A DNA stretch of 38,906 bases from Rhizaria sp. SCN 62-66 (Eukaryota). This document shows, piece after piece, positions 10,209-22,045 of the stretch. Positions within the stretch are counted from its first letter, which is position 1, and each line of letters opens with the position of its first letter. The stretch spans positions 1 through 38,906 of the forward strand of contig MEDY01000352.1 of the NCBI GenBank assembly GCA_001724265.1, given 5' to 3'. Position numbers and translations under genes: made by a program. The notes under the pieces were generated by a model. That model was given only the letters and a program-made list of their open reading frames with translations. It was not told where the DNA came from and made no database searches.

Positions 10209-13001
10209 ATGGGTGCGACACAGTCCCTGAAGAAGGGCATCGACGATGGCAACTTGAGCCTCGTCATCGAGTCGATCAAGAACGGCGCTGACGTCAATGC
10301 GCGCGACACGAAATCGGGCGCCACCGCTAGCAAGTACGCCCGCGATAACGGACAGCACGGCATCGCAGCTTTCCTCGACGCGCACATGCTGCTGATGAAG
10401 AACGACAGCGGGGAATCCCCCGAGGGCCACCGCGCCGTGACCCTCGCCGCACGGTGGAACTACGGCGAACAGGTCGGCGCGTGCATCGGGAAACGCTTCG
10501 ACATCAACGCCGTCGACCGCGCGGGCGCCGCTGCATTGCATTACGCCGCCGAGGCAGGACACGTCAACATCGTGCGGCGGCTTATCGCCGCGGGCGCGGA
10601 CGTCAACGTGGTGAACCGCTGGGGGCAGACGCCGCTGTTCCTGTCTGTGACGCAGGAAGTCACGCCCGAGACGGCCGGCGACAGCATCATGGCCGCTCTC
10701 CTCGCGGGCGGCGCCGACGTCAACATCGCAGCCAAGTCCGGCGTTACACCGCTCATGCGCGCGGTCACGGCGTGCAAGGACGGTTCAGTGGACTCGGTGT
10801 CGACGCTGATCCACGCCCGCGCGAACCCGTCCGCGGCTGACAACTCCGGCTCTACAGCGCTCCATATGGCGGTGCAACTCGGCCAGTGTGACGCGACGGA
10901 GCTCCTGCTTAAGGCGTGCGCCAACGTCGACGCCGCGACGACCCAGGGCGTGACGCCGCTTATGGCCGCCGCGGGAAAGGGCCAGATCGACCTCGCCACG
11001 ACTCTGATCAACTTCGGGGCCCGCGTCAACGCCACGTCGCCGTCGGGCAACTCTGCACTGCTGTTAGCGTGCGAGTGCGCCGACCGCACCGCGACGCTCG
11101 CGCTGCTGCAGCAGCTGCTGCCCGCGGGCGCGGCGATCGCCCACGCCGACCGCGGCGGCGAGACGGCACTGTGGAAATGCGCCACACGCCATGACCTCGC
11201 CGCAGTGCAATGCTTGCTCGACCACGGCGCCCGCGTCGAGCCGGCTTCGGACGCGGAGCGCGACGTGCGGCCCATCCTCGACGACGCCGGAGTCAAGCTT
11301 GTCACCATCGACAAGCCCTCGCAGCGGCCCGGCGCGTCCTCGACCCCGTCGTCGTCCTCCGCAGCGGCGGGTGGCAGCGCGGTGAGTGAGCCTGTGCTGG
11401 CGCGGCGCATCGCTGAGTCGGCCGCGCCCGCTGGCGGCACGCTGTATCTCTCGCGCAACCCGTACACGTATCCTGTGCAGCCCTGCGACGGGCCCGCGCA
11501 GCTCGCGCCAGCCGCTGCAGCCGCCACCGCGGCCGCCGCCGCCAGCGGGTACGGCGGCGCTGCCAGCTACGGCGGCGGCGCAGGCATGCAACACTCCGGC
11601 TCCTTCGGCGGCGGCGTCGGCGGCCTGAGCGCTGGTGCGGCGGGGACTGCGACTGCGTCCAACACGCTGCGCCGACCCGTGCCGCCGCCGCGTCCCAGCG
11701 CGGGCCCCGGCGGCGCAGCCGCCGCGGCGACCCTCGGCGGCGGCGGCGGTGGCGGCTCCCCTGCCAACGGGCCCATGTCCCCTACCGCCGCGGGCGGTGG
11801 CGGCGGCGCGTTCCAGCAGCAGCAGCAGATGATGCTGCGCACGTCGTCTTTCTCCTCCACCACGAACTCGTACGCCAACGCGCCTGGCAATGGCGGCAAC
11901 GGCTCCCCCGCGAGCACGGTGTCGGCCAGCACTCTCAACCGGCCGAAGGTCGCGCTGCCGCTGCCAGTTCCCGGCGCGGTGTCCCAGCTGCCGCTGCCGC
12001 AGCCGCTGGACACCAACGCGCCTCCGTCGTTCTCGCGTGTCGAATCGATCATGTCGCCTAACGTCGGCGGCCGCGACTCGCCGCCCCCGCCGCCGCCGCC
12101 CTTCGAAGACAGCAACGACGACGCGCCTCCGCCCCCCGCCTCCTCACTATCGGCAACGGCCACCGCTGCGCCGCGTCTCGGTCCCTTGCCCATTCCACTC
12201 CCCGTGCCTCCGCAGCAGACCCAGACCCAGCCTCAACAGACGCACCAGTCGGTCGCGGTCGCGACCCGCCCGGGCCACGCGCTGCCCGGCATGGCTCTGC
12301 CCGGCATGACCGGCAGTCCCCGCGCGGCCGGCGGCGGCTTCGGCGGTGTCGGCGGTGTCGGCGGCGGCTTCGGCGGCGTCGGCGGCGGCGCGGCGACGCT
12401 CCCGGCCATGAACAGCCGCGGCAGCGTCGCCACCGAGCCCGCCGGCACGCCGCGCGCGGGTCCGCTCACGTTCGCGCCCGCCGTCACCTCGGGCTTTGTC
12501 GCCAGTGACGGCGGATCCGCCGGGCTGGCGGCGGACCGCCGCGCGTCGACGGGCTCGAACGGCTCCGGGTTCGTCGCCAGTGGCGGCGGCCCCGCGCTGC
12601 CAGCCCTGCCTCCGCAGCCCACGCCGCAGCAACAGATGCGGCCGGCGCCGGCGACTCTGCCTCAGCCCCCGCTGCCGCAGCCGCCTGCGGCTGCCGCCGT
12701 GCCCGCCGTCGTCGCCGCCCCCGCCGCCGCTGCAGCCGCCGCGCCCGCTGCCGCCGCCGTTGACCCTGAGAACGACTGCGTCAACTGGCGTGCAACCGCC
12801 GACGCTGACACTCAGCTCAACTACTACTACAATGTCGTGACCAAGACGACGCAGTGGACTCTGCCGGAGTGCGTTGTTCTCGATAACGCGCCCGCGTGCC
12901 GCTGTGGCTGCGCTAATTTCGCACCGCAAAAGGTCAAGATCGCCAAATGCGCGACGTGTTCGCACTACCACGTGCGCGGCAATATGCAGCAGCCCCAGTG
13001 A
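10209..13001 (+). CDS. Ankyrin-repeat protein with Pro/Gly/Ala-rich linker, WW domain and C-terminal Cys/His cluster; predicted N-myristoylation
   Basis: 930-aa ORF starting MGATQS (MGxxxS). About eight ankyrin repeats (ALHYAAEAGHVNIVRRLIAAGADVN, GQTPLF, GVTPLM, GSTALHMA). WW-like NWRATADADTQLNYYYNVVTKTTQWTLP, then CRCGCANF...CATCSHYH. Confidence 0.88.
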   Translation: MGATQSLKKGIDDGNLSLVIESIKNGADVNARDTKSGATASKYARDNGQHGIAAFLDAHMLLMKNDSGESPEGHRAVTLAARWNYGEQVGACIGKRFDINAVDRAGAAALHYAAEAGHVNIVRRLIAAGADVNVVNRWGQTPLFLSVTQEVTPETAGDSIMAALLAGGADVNIAAKSGVTPLMRAVTACKDGSVDSVSTLIHARANPSAADNSGSTALHMAVQLGQCDATELLLKACANVDAATTQGVTPLMAAAGKGQIDLATTLINFGARVNATSPSGNSALLLACECADRTATLALLQQLLPAGAAIAHADRGGETALWKCATRHDLAAVQCLLDHGARVEPASDAERDVRPILDDAGVKLVTIDKPSQRPGASSTPSSSSAAAGGSAVSEPVLARRIAESAAPAGGTLYLSRNPYTYPVQPCDGPAQLAPAAAAATAAAAASGYGGAASYGGGAGMQHSGSFGGGVGGLSAGAAGTATASNTLRRPVPPPRPSAGPGGAAAAATLGGGGGGGSPANGPMSPTAAGGGGGAFQQQQQMMLRTSSFSSTTNSYANAPGNGGNGSPASTVSASTLNRPKVALPLPVPGAVSQLPLPQPLDTNAPPSFSRVESIMSPNVGGRDSPPPPPPPFEDSNDDAPPPPASSLSATATAAPRLGPLPIPLPVPPQQTQTQPQQTHQSVAVATRPGHALPGMALPGMTGSPRAAGGGFGGVGGVGGGFGGVGGGAATLPAMNSRGSVATEPAGTPRAGPLTFAPAVTSGFVASDGGSAGLAADRRASTGSNGSGFVASGGGPALPALPPQPTPQQQMRPAPATLPQPPLPQPPAAAAVPAVVAAPAAAAAAAPAAAAVDPENDCVNWRATADADTQLNYYYNVVTKTTQWTLPECVVLDNAPACRCGCANFAPQKVKIAKCATCSHYHVRGNMQQPQ

Positions 13002-14466
13002 ACCATCGACGCGGTCGTGTAACAAGTAAGTGTGCGGCACAATGCCTGTGCGCGCACACAGTGTAATGAAGCAGGCCATGTGCTAATTGTCGTGAGTTGG
13101 CTCCTGCGTAAAATGTGCATGCATGAGCTTCGTGCAATGCAGTGCTAAGGTTATGCATGCCAGTGGCGTATTTTTGCAAAGCGTGCGCAATTTTGAGCTG
13201 GAAGAAAGACACAAACGCCATCGTTGCCTGTATTGCGCTGTTCTCATCGCTAGTGCTGCGCATCTTAGAGGCGTGACAACGAACGTGGGTTTCCGAGGTC
13301 GATGTTTAAAATCAATTGACTCTTCGTATAACTCACACACTCGGCAAATCACACCAACTACAATTGCACCGGTTGCATTGCATCGTTTAACCCTCCAGCT
13401 GTCGGGACTGATGACAACGCTCATCGATTGATTGTTCTGTTCATTTAAAACCTTGGCCCACGTGTGCCGAATTCCCGAATCATCCCCGCCGCACCGCACT
13501 GCACTGCCCCGCGCCGCACTGCGCCCGTTCATAGGGCTCCCACCCCTGTGCGCGCAATGCGCTGCCCGCGTGTCTCTGTTCTTGTGCGCGCTTTTCGCGT
13601 CGCTTCTCCGTGCACTCAGTGTGCCGCTCGCGACACAAGCGATAGCACCGTGTTCTCGGTGCTCTGTGTTGTGTGTTTGGTGCGCTCTCGGTGGCGATAA
13701 CTGCGACAACGATGACGATAACGCCTGGAGGTTGCCGACTGCACCTAGCGTGCGCGAACGAGCATCACTGCCGTCGCGTCGTGAGTGTGCAAGGCAAAAT
13801 GCTCGGTGTTTCGTCGTCGTTAATGTGTTGTAGTTGTCAGCTTTTAAGATTGTCATCTTGCGTTCCGCCTTTTATTGTTCCTTTCTACCTTCCTCCTTGT
13901 CTAGCATAATAATCAGATATGATGAATTAAGCTTAATTCACCCCTTTATACCGTATGAACATCGAAGTATAGCACACGTATCAGTTAAGTGTTCTTGTGC
14001 CGATACATTCTATCATATTATATTTCACCGCAGAATACACTTAGCTTACTAGTTAATAAACGTTCTCTTTTGTATTGTTCGCGTGCGTCTGTGCAAAAGC
14101 ACGATCACTCACGATAGCACAAAGCAAGACAAAGCCAATCGGCTCATACTATTACATATGCAAAAATCTCAACAGGAGATGTCTGATACGTATCTCCGTC
14201 ATAAAACGTATCTCCGTCATAATTACAATAGTAGCTCAAAGTAACATGATGTCTAAGTCAGCACTTACATTCGTCAGTAAAACAGAAGTGAAACCGCGCA
14301 CTCACTCGAAACGTTGGCTGGCCAGTGGCTCGACTAGCGCGTCTATGCCCTCACAATGCTCTCATAACTCTCAATGCCGGTTCTCAGGGCTCTGAGAGCT
14401 CTGAGTGGGTGCGTTTGAGGTTCGAGGCGTGCGATATCGGAGAGATAGAGAGCTTGGATTGCTTGT

Positions 14467-15363
14467 TCAGAGCGCAGAGTAAGTCACGAGGTGGTCGAGG
14501 CGTGCGATATCCGACACATTCTCAACAACAGCGTGCCCGCCCTTGGCCACGATGCCGACAGCGACCGCCCCCGCCGCGAGTGTGCAGCCGACGTCGTAGA
14601 CCGAGTCGCCGACGAGCAAACACTCGTGCGCAGGCACGCCGACGCGGCGCGAGGCCTCAAATACAACGCCCGGGTGCGGTTTGGGCGGCAGCTTCGCCAG
14701 AACAGCGGCCTCAGCCTTTGTCTCAGTCTCGGTCGCGGTCTTTGCGTCCTCCGTCGCCACAGCGGCCTTCACAGCGGCGGCCTTCACAGCGGCGGCATTT
14801 GCAGCGACGGCCTTCTCAGCGGCGAGCGCGGCGTCGATGGCGGCGTTGGCGGCGGGGTCGGCGGCGATTGTATGCGCCGGCACGAGGTCGTCGGCGGCGA
14901 CGATGCGGAGAGTCCCGTCGGGCGACCGGAGGAGCTCGCGGACGCGCGCGGCCTGAGGCGCCGAGAGGATCTGCGTCGTGATGGGCATGGGGCAGTTGGT
15001 GACGATGTACGTGCGGTCGCCCGTGGCCGCGGCGGCGAACTCAAGGGCCTCGACAGCGCCGTCGATGATCGAGACGTGGTGGAGGTGCTTGCCGAAGTTC
15101 TCGACGCAGTAGGCGTCAACGAGGTTCTGGTCCGTGCCGGGCATGAAGCGGATAACGTTCATAGCCATTGATTGGCCGAACGTACTCTTCCAGTCGTCGT
15201 ACTGAAGCTCGGGGAAGCCGAAGTGGGCGCAGGCGCCGTGCAGAAGCTTGAACCAGATCTCTGACGACTCGAGCAGGGTGCCGTCCATGTCAAAAAACAC
15301 CGCGCGCACCAGGCGCTTCGTAGCGGCGGAGTCCACGGAAGGGGAAGACGGAGAGTCGGACAT
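14467..15363 (-). CDS. HAD-superfamily hydrolase (subfamily IA, phosphoglycolate-phosphatase-like)
   Basis: Motif I VFFDMDGTLL, motif II IVTN, motif III PPKPHP, motif IV LVGDSVYDV. Start taken at the ATG at 15363. An Ala-rich insert lies between motifs II and III. Confidence 0.9.
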   Translation of the reverse strand: MSDSPSSPSVDSAATKRLVRAVFFDMDGTLLESSEIWFKLLHGACAHFGFPELQYDDWKSTFGQSMAMNVIRFMPGTDQNLVDAYCVENFGKHLHHVSIIDGAVEALEFAAAATGDRTYIVTNCPMPITTQILSAPQAARVRELLRSPDGTLRIVAADDLVPAHTIAADPAANAAIDAALAAEKAVAANAAAVKAAAVKAAVATEDAKTATETETKAEAAVLAKLPPKPHPGVVFEASRRVGVPAHECLLVGDSVYDVGCTLAAGAVAVGIVAKGGHAVVENVSDIARLDHLVTYSAL

Positions 15364-15990
15364 CGGATGTTGAGACAACGAGTCTGGGTGGGTGGGCGAC
15401 GAAAGAAACACGGAGACGAGATGCGCAAAGATGACCGGGTCGGAGGGGCGAGAAAAATATGCTACAGGGGATGAGAATAAGCGCCGCTATACAAACCATT
15501 TTAGAGGTATGTTGAAAAGCCTCTCTGTAAATGTGGGGGTCGCATTTTTAGTGGCACTGACGATACTGATAGGCAGCTGTAGCGATGCTGGTAAACCGGA
15601 TAGCGACGGGCTTTTGCTAGAGCGTCGACCTCGGAGAGGAGCGACTCGCACGTCTACTCGTTTCATGGTTGATTACAGTCAAAACACGTCAGGCGGCGTT
15701 GGGACTGATGTTGCCGTGATTATACGCAAGTGGTCAATATATTGTGTTTTTTATGTGCTCTCATAGCATTTTTGAATGCAACTATCAGGACTCGAAAAAT
15801 CTTCGTCATCGCGCACTCCGAAATCTCTCCACTCGCACACTATCGACTCCTAACTCCCCCTCTTTACAAGACGCTTAGCAAGCAATAGCTATCAAGTTCT
15901 GTCACAGTACTTTACAATGTATCTAACCGTTCATTGTTCTTTTCGTGAATCGTCTTTCATCCACGCCCCCCTACAGAGATCCCCCGTCCC

Positions 15991-17469
15991 ATGCTCGGCC
16001 GTGTGTCTGCCAAGCTCAGCAAGAGCGTCCTCTCCTCCAAGGCTGTCGCGACCGTTGCTAAGGCCGCGATGTCGTCCGCGACCGTGCCCGCGATGCTGAC
16101 CAAGCCGCTCGAGTCTGTCGACCCCGAGATTTTCAGCATCGTCAAGAACGAGGGCCAGCGCCAGAAGACCTCTCTGTGCCTTATCCCGAGTGAGAACTTC
16201 ACCTCCCAGGCCGTTCTCGACGCGCTGGGCTCTGTGATGCAGAACAAGTACTCCGAGGGCTACGTTGGCGCGCGCTACTACGGCGGCAACGAGTTCATTG
16301 ACCAGGCCGAGGCGCTGTGCCAGTCGCGCGCGCTCGCCGCGTTCGGCCTCGACGCCGCGCAGTGGGGTGTGAACGTCCAGCCTCTCTCCGGCTCCCCCGC
16401 CAACTTTGAGGTCTACACCGCGCTTCTGCCTGTGCACGGCCGCATCATGTCGCTCGACCTGCCCCACGGCGGTCACCTCTCGCACGGCTACTCGATCCCG
16501 TCCAAGCACATCTCGGCCGTGTCCAAGTACTTCGAGGTGCTTCCCTACCGCCTCAACGAGACCACCGGCCTCATTGACTACGACGCCCTCGAGGCCAACG
16601 CGAAGCTTTTCCGCCCCAAGCTTATTGTCATGGGCGCGTCGGCGTACTCGCGCCACATCGACTACGCGCGCATCCGCAAGATCGCCGACCAGCACAACGC
16701 CTACGTCATGATGGACATGGCCCACATCTCGGGCCTCATCGCGGGCGGCGTCATGCCGTCCCCGTTCCCCTTTGCCGACATCGTCACCACGACGACGCAC
16801 AAGTCGCTCCGCGGCCCGCGCGGCGCGATGATCTTCTTCCGCCGCGGCACGCGCTCCGTCGGCAAGGACGGCGTCGCCGTGCCGTGGACGCTCGAGGCCG
16901 ACATCAACGCCGCCGTCTTCCCCGGCCACCAGGGCGGGCCGCACAACCACACCATCACGGCGCTGGCCGTGGCGCTGAAGCAGGCCGCGTCGCCCGAGTT
17001 CAAGGCCTACGCTCAGCAGGTCATGCGCAACTGCGCCACGCTCGCCGACAGCCTCACCAAGCGCGGCTACACCCTCGTCTCCGGCGGCACCGACAATCAC
17101 CTGCTCCTGGCCGACGTGCGTCCGCAGGGCCTTAACGGCGCCAAGGTGGAGCGCATCCTCGAGCTCGCCAACGTCGCGATCAACAAGAACACCGTCCCCG
17201 GTGATGTGTCCGCTCTCACTCCGGGCGGCATCCGCATGGGCTCTCCCGCGATGACCTCCCGCGGGCTCGTCGAGAAGGACTTCGAGACCGTGGCCGAGCT
17301 CGTGCACCGCGGCGTCCAGATCGCGGCCAAGGTCGACAAGGACGCCGGCGCCAAGACCATGAAGGCGTTCCGTGACACGCTCGCCGGCAAGGACTACCCC
17401 GAGATCGCCGCACTTAAGAAGGACGTCGTCGACTTCGCGTCGTCGTTCCCCACTGTGCCCAACTTCTAA
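15991..17469 (+). CDS. SHMT: Serine hydroxymethyltransferase, likely mitochondrial
   Basis: [40 protein letters not shown]-lysine motif [24 protein letters not shown]. The N-terminal extension is basic, Ser/Ala-rich and free of acidic residues, like a mitochondrial presequence. Confidence 0.97.
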   Translation: MLGRVSAKLSKSVLSSKAVATVAKAAMSSATVPAMLTKPLESVDPEIFSIVKNEGQRQKTSLCLIPSENFTSQAVLDALGSVMQNKYSEGYVGARYYGGNEFIDQAEALCQSRALAAFGLDAAQWGVNVQPLSGSPANFEVYTALLPVHGRIMSLDLPHGGHLSHGYSIPSKHISAVSKYFEVLPYRLNETTGLIDYDALEANAKLFRPKLIVMGASAYSRHIDYARIRKIADQHNAYVMMDMAHISGLIAGGVMPSPFPFADIVTTTTHKSLRGPRGAMIFFRRGTRSVGKDGVAVPWTLEADINAAVFPGHQGGPHNHTITALAVALKQAASPEFKAYAQQVMRNCATLADSLTKRGYTLVSGGTDNHLLLADVRPQGLNGAKVERILELANVAINKNTVPGDVSALTPGGIRMGSPAMTSRGLVEKDFETVAELVHRGVQIAAKVDKDAGAKTMKAFRDTLAGKDYPEIAALKKDVVDFASSFPTVPNF

Positions 17470-19285
17470 GTGAAGTGGGGCTTAACATATATTTTATTAT
17501 GATGGATGTGTTGTTCGCGAAACATTTGCGAACCAACAAGAGCGAGGACGAGGGACAACCACCAACAGGTGGTGGTTCAGTTGTTGTTGATGTTTGGCGG
17601 ACTATATGGTGTTGCTGGTCGTCTTTGCAGCGCCTATACTGAACATCAAAAGTCATTTTATGCACAACAACTCCTGCGAAGCAAAAGAAACTCTTAAATT
17701 AAAGCGAAGGAGCAACAGTCGTTACTCATACAACACAAACGATTTATTGTTCCGACTATTTGCACGTGTATATCTCTGAGAATGAAAATAATAATCATGA
17801 ATCCAAGAAATATAGCTTGTGATTTTTCCTAAACATATCTTATTTTTGTGCTCGTGAGATTAATGAGTGGCGTAAAGTGCCGGTAAAGAGGGGACAAGTC
17901 ATGGGTGCCATCCACGCTGGGCTGTTGGGCTTGATCGGCCAGCAGAGCGCGGCTTAACTTCCGCCTCGCTGGTCGGCTCAGAGCAAAAGTTTAGATTCGT
18001 CGCCGAGGTGGCTTGTGGGAAGCTTTGCTAGAAATAGTTTTTTGTGGAGTGTTATATTCACATTGGTGTTGGTGACATAGTGCTGCGGCTTTTTTTCCAG
18101 GCGCTTAGTACGGTGTGGAATCTCAACAATTTCCGCCGCTCCCAGACCCAACGCGAGTCGAACCAACGGTGGAGACAACCAGCCCGACGCTCGGGCGCGC
18201 CCGTCTCGGTTTGCTGACGCCGTGTGGAACACTTTTTAATCTTTTCAAAGAGACGGAGTACCGGTCTATCAAGCTGCGCGCGTCCCGAGCCTTGCTTAGA
18301 CGTCGTATGACCCGCTTGTATCTTTAGGCGGCACACAATCGGAGCCTGTTGCAAAGTCGGAATTAGGTGATCTGCCACCGGTCACCCTTGCACTCACACC
18401 CTTTATTTCACCCTTTACGCCACCCACGCAGCACTTCCTTTTCCTTTACATAGCAGGTTTGCGTTTAAAACGATTGTTACATACCTCTGGCGGCGTTTTC
18501 ACCCACTCCGTCATTCGCTCCCCACTTTCGCCCTCACCGTCCTTCCCCGTCAAAGCCACCGCTCGCCCGTGTGTGACTGACTGGGACACAGTTTTGACGT
18601 TGCCCGTGTACTCGGCGTGCTCAGCTTGCCAGTTTTTACCCTTTCCGTCTGCCAGAAGCGTGGATACCCGTCCCACCGTCTGCGTTCGTTCGGCGATCCT
18701 TCACGACTCCCGCTTTCCCCGCCGCACCGCTCCGCTGCTCTGTCAGTCGTTGCTGGTTGCGTCCCCTGCCCTGTCATCGGCCACAATAGCAGCTTCCACG
18801 ACTGCCGCGCGTGTCTTTGACGATCCCCACCCTTGCGCGTGCTGTTCTGTGCCTCTACAGTCTCAGCGCAGCTACTCTCGTCCTTTGAACTAACCAGAGT
18901 CCCCACCTCCTAGGAACTCCCGTGCGTTCTCCGCCTAACCCCTCGCGCGCACCCAGCTTTCCCCCGCATTCCTGCAGGAAGAGCCCGCATCGTGCCCGCC
19001 ACCGCGCCCGCCGCTCGCCGCTGCTTGTTTGGAACGCAGCCCGTGAGAGTTACCTCGCTGTTCGTTTCCCACACCACGCAGCCCAACTCACGCACCGTCT
19101 CCTCCCTGCGCCCGCGCCAGTCCTGTGCACTTAAACTGTTGTTGCTGTCGTCGTCGTACGTAGCCGCGCCGCGCTTAAGCCCCCCAACGCGCCCCCCACT
19201 TCGCCAGCAGCGCTAATCACATCACTAGCGTTTCCACCCGCACAGTAAACACACACACAGACAACACACTGACAGAGAGACACAG

Positions 19286-20872
19286 ATGTCATCCACGGCG
19301 TCCTCTTCGTCAGGCTCGTCGTCGGCGTCTTTGGCGGCGTCTGCCTCGACCGTTTCCAGCGCCTCCTCAGTGCTCTCGGCCGCGTCCACAGCGTCGACGG
19401 CGTCGTCCTCGTCCTCGGCGTCGTCGTCCGCGTCGTCGTCCGCGTCCACCATGCTCACCTCTGTCCCGGCGCCTCTCGCCACGGCCACGGCCGACGTCGT
19501 CGCCGTGCGGGGCGGCATCCCCATGTACGCGCCCCTCGGCCTCACCAAGGCCGACCTGCTCGCCTCTCTGCCGCCGCTGGCCGACGTCCCCCCCGCCCAG
19601 CGCGCCGACGCCTTCCTCCACAAGCTCCGGCTGGGCTCCCTGCTGTTTGAGTGGCCCGGCGAGGGCCAGGCCGACCCCGACGCCGCCGAGCGCGAGGCCA
19701 AGAACGCGCTCCTGCTCGACCTCGTCGACAGCATCGGTAAGTGCGATCTCCCTTTCACTGAGCCCATCCTCGCGGAGGTGATGCGTTTCGCGTCGACGAA
19801 CCTGTTCCGCGCGCTCGCGCCGCTGCCCGTCGAGTCCGCTGGCGGCGAGGGCGAGGAAGAGCCCATCCCGAAAGACCCTGCCTGGTCACACTTGCACATC
19901 GTGTACGAATTCTTCTTGCGTTTCATCGTCAACGCGCAGATCGATGCGCGCGTGCTCAAGAAGCACATCAACGGGCCATTTGTGCTGCGCCTGCTCGAGC
20001 TGTTTGACTCACAAGACGTGCGCGAGCGCGACTACCTCAAGACGCTGCTGCACCGCATCTACGCCAAGTTTATGTCGTTGCGTGCCTTTATCCGCAAGGC
20101 GATGAACCACGTCTTTTACCAGTTCATCTACGACTCGGAGCACTTCAACGGCGTCGGCGAGATGCTCGAGATCCTCGGCTCCATCATCAACGGCTTTGCG
20201 CTGCCGCTCAAGCAGGAGCACCGTAACTTCTTCACCCGTGTGCTGATGCCGATGCACAAGGTGCGGCCGCTCATGTCGTTCCACCAGCAGCTCACCTACT
20301 GCGTGACGCAGTTCGTCGAGAAGGATTCGACGCTCGCTGTGCCGCTCATCCACGGCATGCTGCGCTTTTGGCCCGCGCCGTGCTCGTCCAAGGAAGTCCT
20401 CTTTATCTCCGAGATCGAGGAGATCTTGGAGTTGACGCCCGTTGAGGAATTCCACAAGGTTGTGCACGTGCTGTTTCGTCAGATCGCTCGGTGTATCACG
20501 TCGGCACACTTTCAGGTCTCGGAGCGCGCGCTGTACATCTGGCAAAACAACTACGTGGGCACGCTTATCTCGGAGCACCGCGCAGTCATCCTGCCCCTCG
20601 TCTACTCGGCGCTGCGCGACAACGAAGAGCACTGGAACGAGACCGTGGCGTCCCTGTCGCGGTCAGTGCTGACGATTTTCTCCGAGCTCGACGCCGCGCT
20701 GCTCGCGCGGTGCGCGTCGGAGATGGAGGAGGAGCGCCGCCGCAAGGTCGTCAATGACGAGCGGCGCGGCAACGCCTGGCGCCAGATCGAGGCCGCGACT
20801 AAGGATATCGTGGCGAAATATCCCACAAAGCCCGCGCTCGAAGCGCCCTCGCTGCTCCCGCCCTGCATGTAA
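19286..20872 (+). CDS. PPP2R5: Protein phosphatase 2A regulatory subunit B' (B56)
   Basis: DPAWSHLHIVYEFFLRF, LLELFDSQDVRERDYLKTLLHRIYAKF, EMLEILGSIINGFALPLKQEH, HFQVSERAL, HWN. The N-terminal tail is Ser/Ala-rich, so the exact start codon is less certain. Confidence 0.96.
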   Translation: MSSTASSSSGSSSASLAASASTVSSASSVLSAASTASTASSSSSASSSASSSASTMLTSVPAPLATATADVVAVRGGIPMYAPLGLTKADLLASLPPLADVPPAQRADAFLHKLRLGSLLFEWPGEGQADPDAAEREAKNALLLDLVDSIGKCDLPFTEPILAEVMRFASTNLFRALAPLPVESAGGEGEEEPIPKDPAWSHLHIVYEFFLRFIVNAQIDARVLKKHINGPFVLRLLELFDSQDVRERDYLKTLLHRIYAKFMSLRAFIRKAMNHVFYQFIYDSEHFNGVGEMLEILGSIINGFALPLKQEHRNFFTRVLMPMHKVRPLMSFHQQLTYCVTQFVEKDSTLAVPLIHGMLRFWPAPCSSKEVLFISEIEEILELTPVEEFHKVVHVLFRQIARCITSAHFQVSERALYIWQNNYVGTLISEHRAVILPLVYSALRDNEEHWNETVASLSRSVLTIFSELDAALLARCASEMEEERRRKVVNDERRGNAWRQIEAATKDIVAKYPTKPALEAPSLLPPCM

Positions 20873-22045
20873 ACAGAACATGTGACATGTATCCCAATAA
20901 TGAGCACAACAATGTACTAACAACGCACTTGCTACTCCTGAATATACTGCGGATGCGAGTGCAGCATTCGTGCCAGTGTGATTGCCACTGCCTTGTCTGT
21001 GTTTGTGCTTGGGGTGGAGTTGAGAAAGACAACGCGTGTCGTGTGTTCCCGAGTGTGCTGCGAGCTGTGACCTGATTTAACTGCGATGGCGCACTTGGTA
21101 GCGGATCCGAGACGTGGACGTGGGAATTTACTTTATTACTACTACTGGAAAGTACCTCTGCGCTTCCCGCAGCAGAGGGAAATGTATTTTGACAAGAAAA
21201 GGAAATCATATGTTGTATTAGCTACACAAAGAAAAAGAAGTAACAATAACAAAATATATGTGTGTATGTGTTGTCCCCCGCCATGAAGGGAGGCTGCGAA
21301 AGATTCGTTTGTTGTAACGATATTTGTTTATTTTAGTATAATCTACCTGCTTAATGTTTTGTTTTTTGTTTTTTACTGTCCCGATATATTTTTAAAAAGT
21401 ACTCTTGCTCGTATTGTCGACGCATGTGAGCACCTCGACCGCTATGTCTGTCGAAAGTGATGTGAATTGATGAATCGAGATGGGGCAGAGAAGAACTTTT
21501 GTTGCGCCTTATCGGTCCTTAGGAGGACCACTGGTTGTTCTAATAACTAATAGAAATACAAAACTCTATACTTTTCAAGCACATCAACATACCCAAGTTT
21601 TTATTTCCTCGTCTTGAATCCTCTTATGCATATCCTCGTGCAAAGTGCCGAACGCAGTGTGGAGCAGCAGTCACTGCAGCAGACCCGACTGTGCGCACTT
21701 TTTGTGGTGCGGCCGGGGGACTGCTGGGCTGAGCCGAACTAGCGAGGCAGAGCTCGTCAGGATAAAACTTATCTGGAGCTTTGTAATTTAGTCACCTTTT
21801 ATAATTTGCGCTGTATTATTCTATATGTTGCTCGCACACGCGAGTCACTTTAGGAAGCCTGCCTAGCTGTTCCGAAAAGCGAACTCACCACACCCTTCGT
21901 CCAAGCCCTTCTTGTTCAGACGCTCTCGGTTTTGCGCGGCCCGCACTGTGGCGCTTTCTCACAAACCACACAACTCACATCTTCATTTCTTGCGCTCATT
22001 TGCTCCCCGACTTGCTTTTCAGAGTCTCGTTTACTCGCACTTCTC

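Noticed and set aside
13083-13856. 257-aa minus-strand ORF and overlapping plus-strand ORFs between the ankyrin and HAD genes
   Set aside because: No codon bias or motif; likely UTR or intergenic sequence.
18400-19285. Several short ORFs upstream of B56
   Set aside because: The pyrimidine-rich sequence is consistent with a long 5'-UTR or introns and shows no coding signature.
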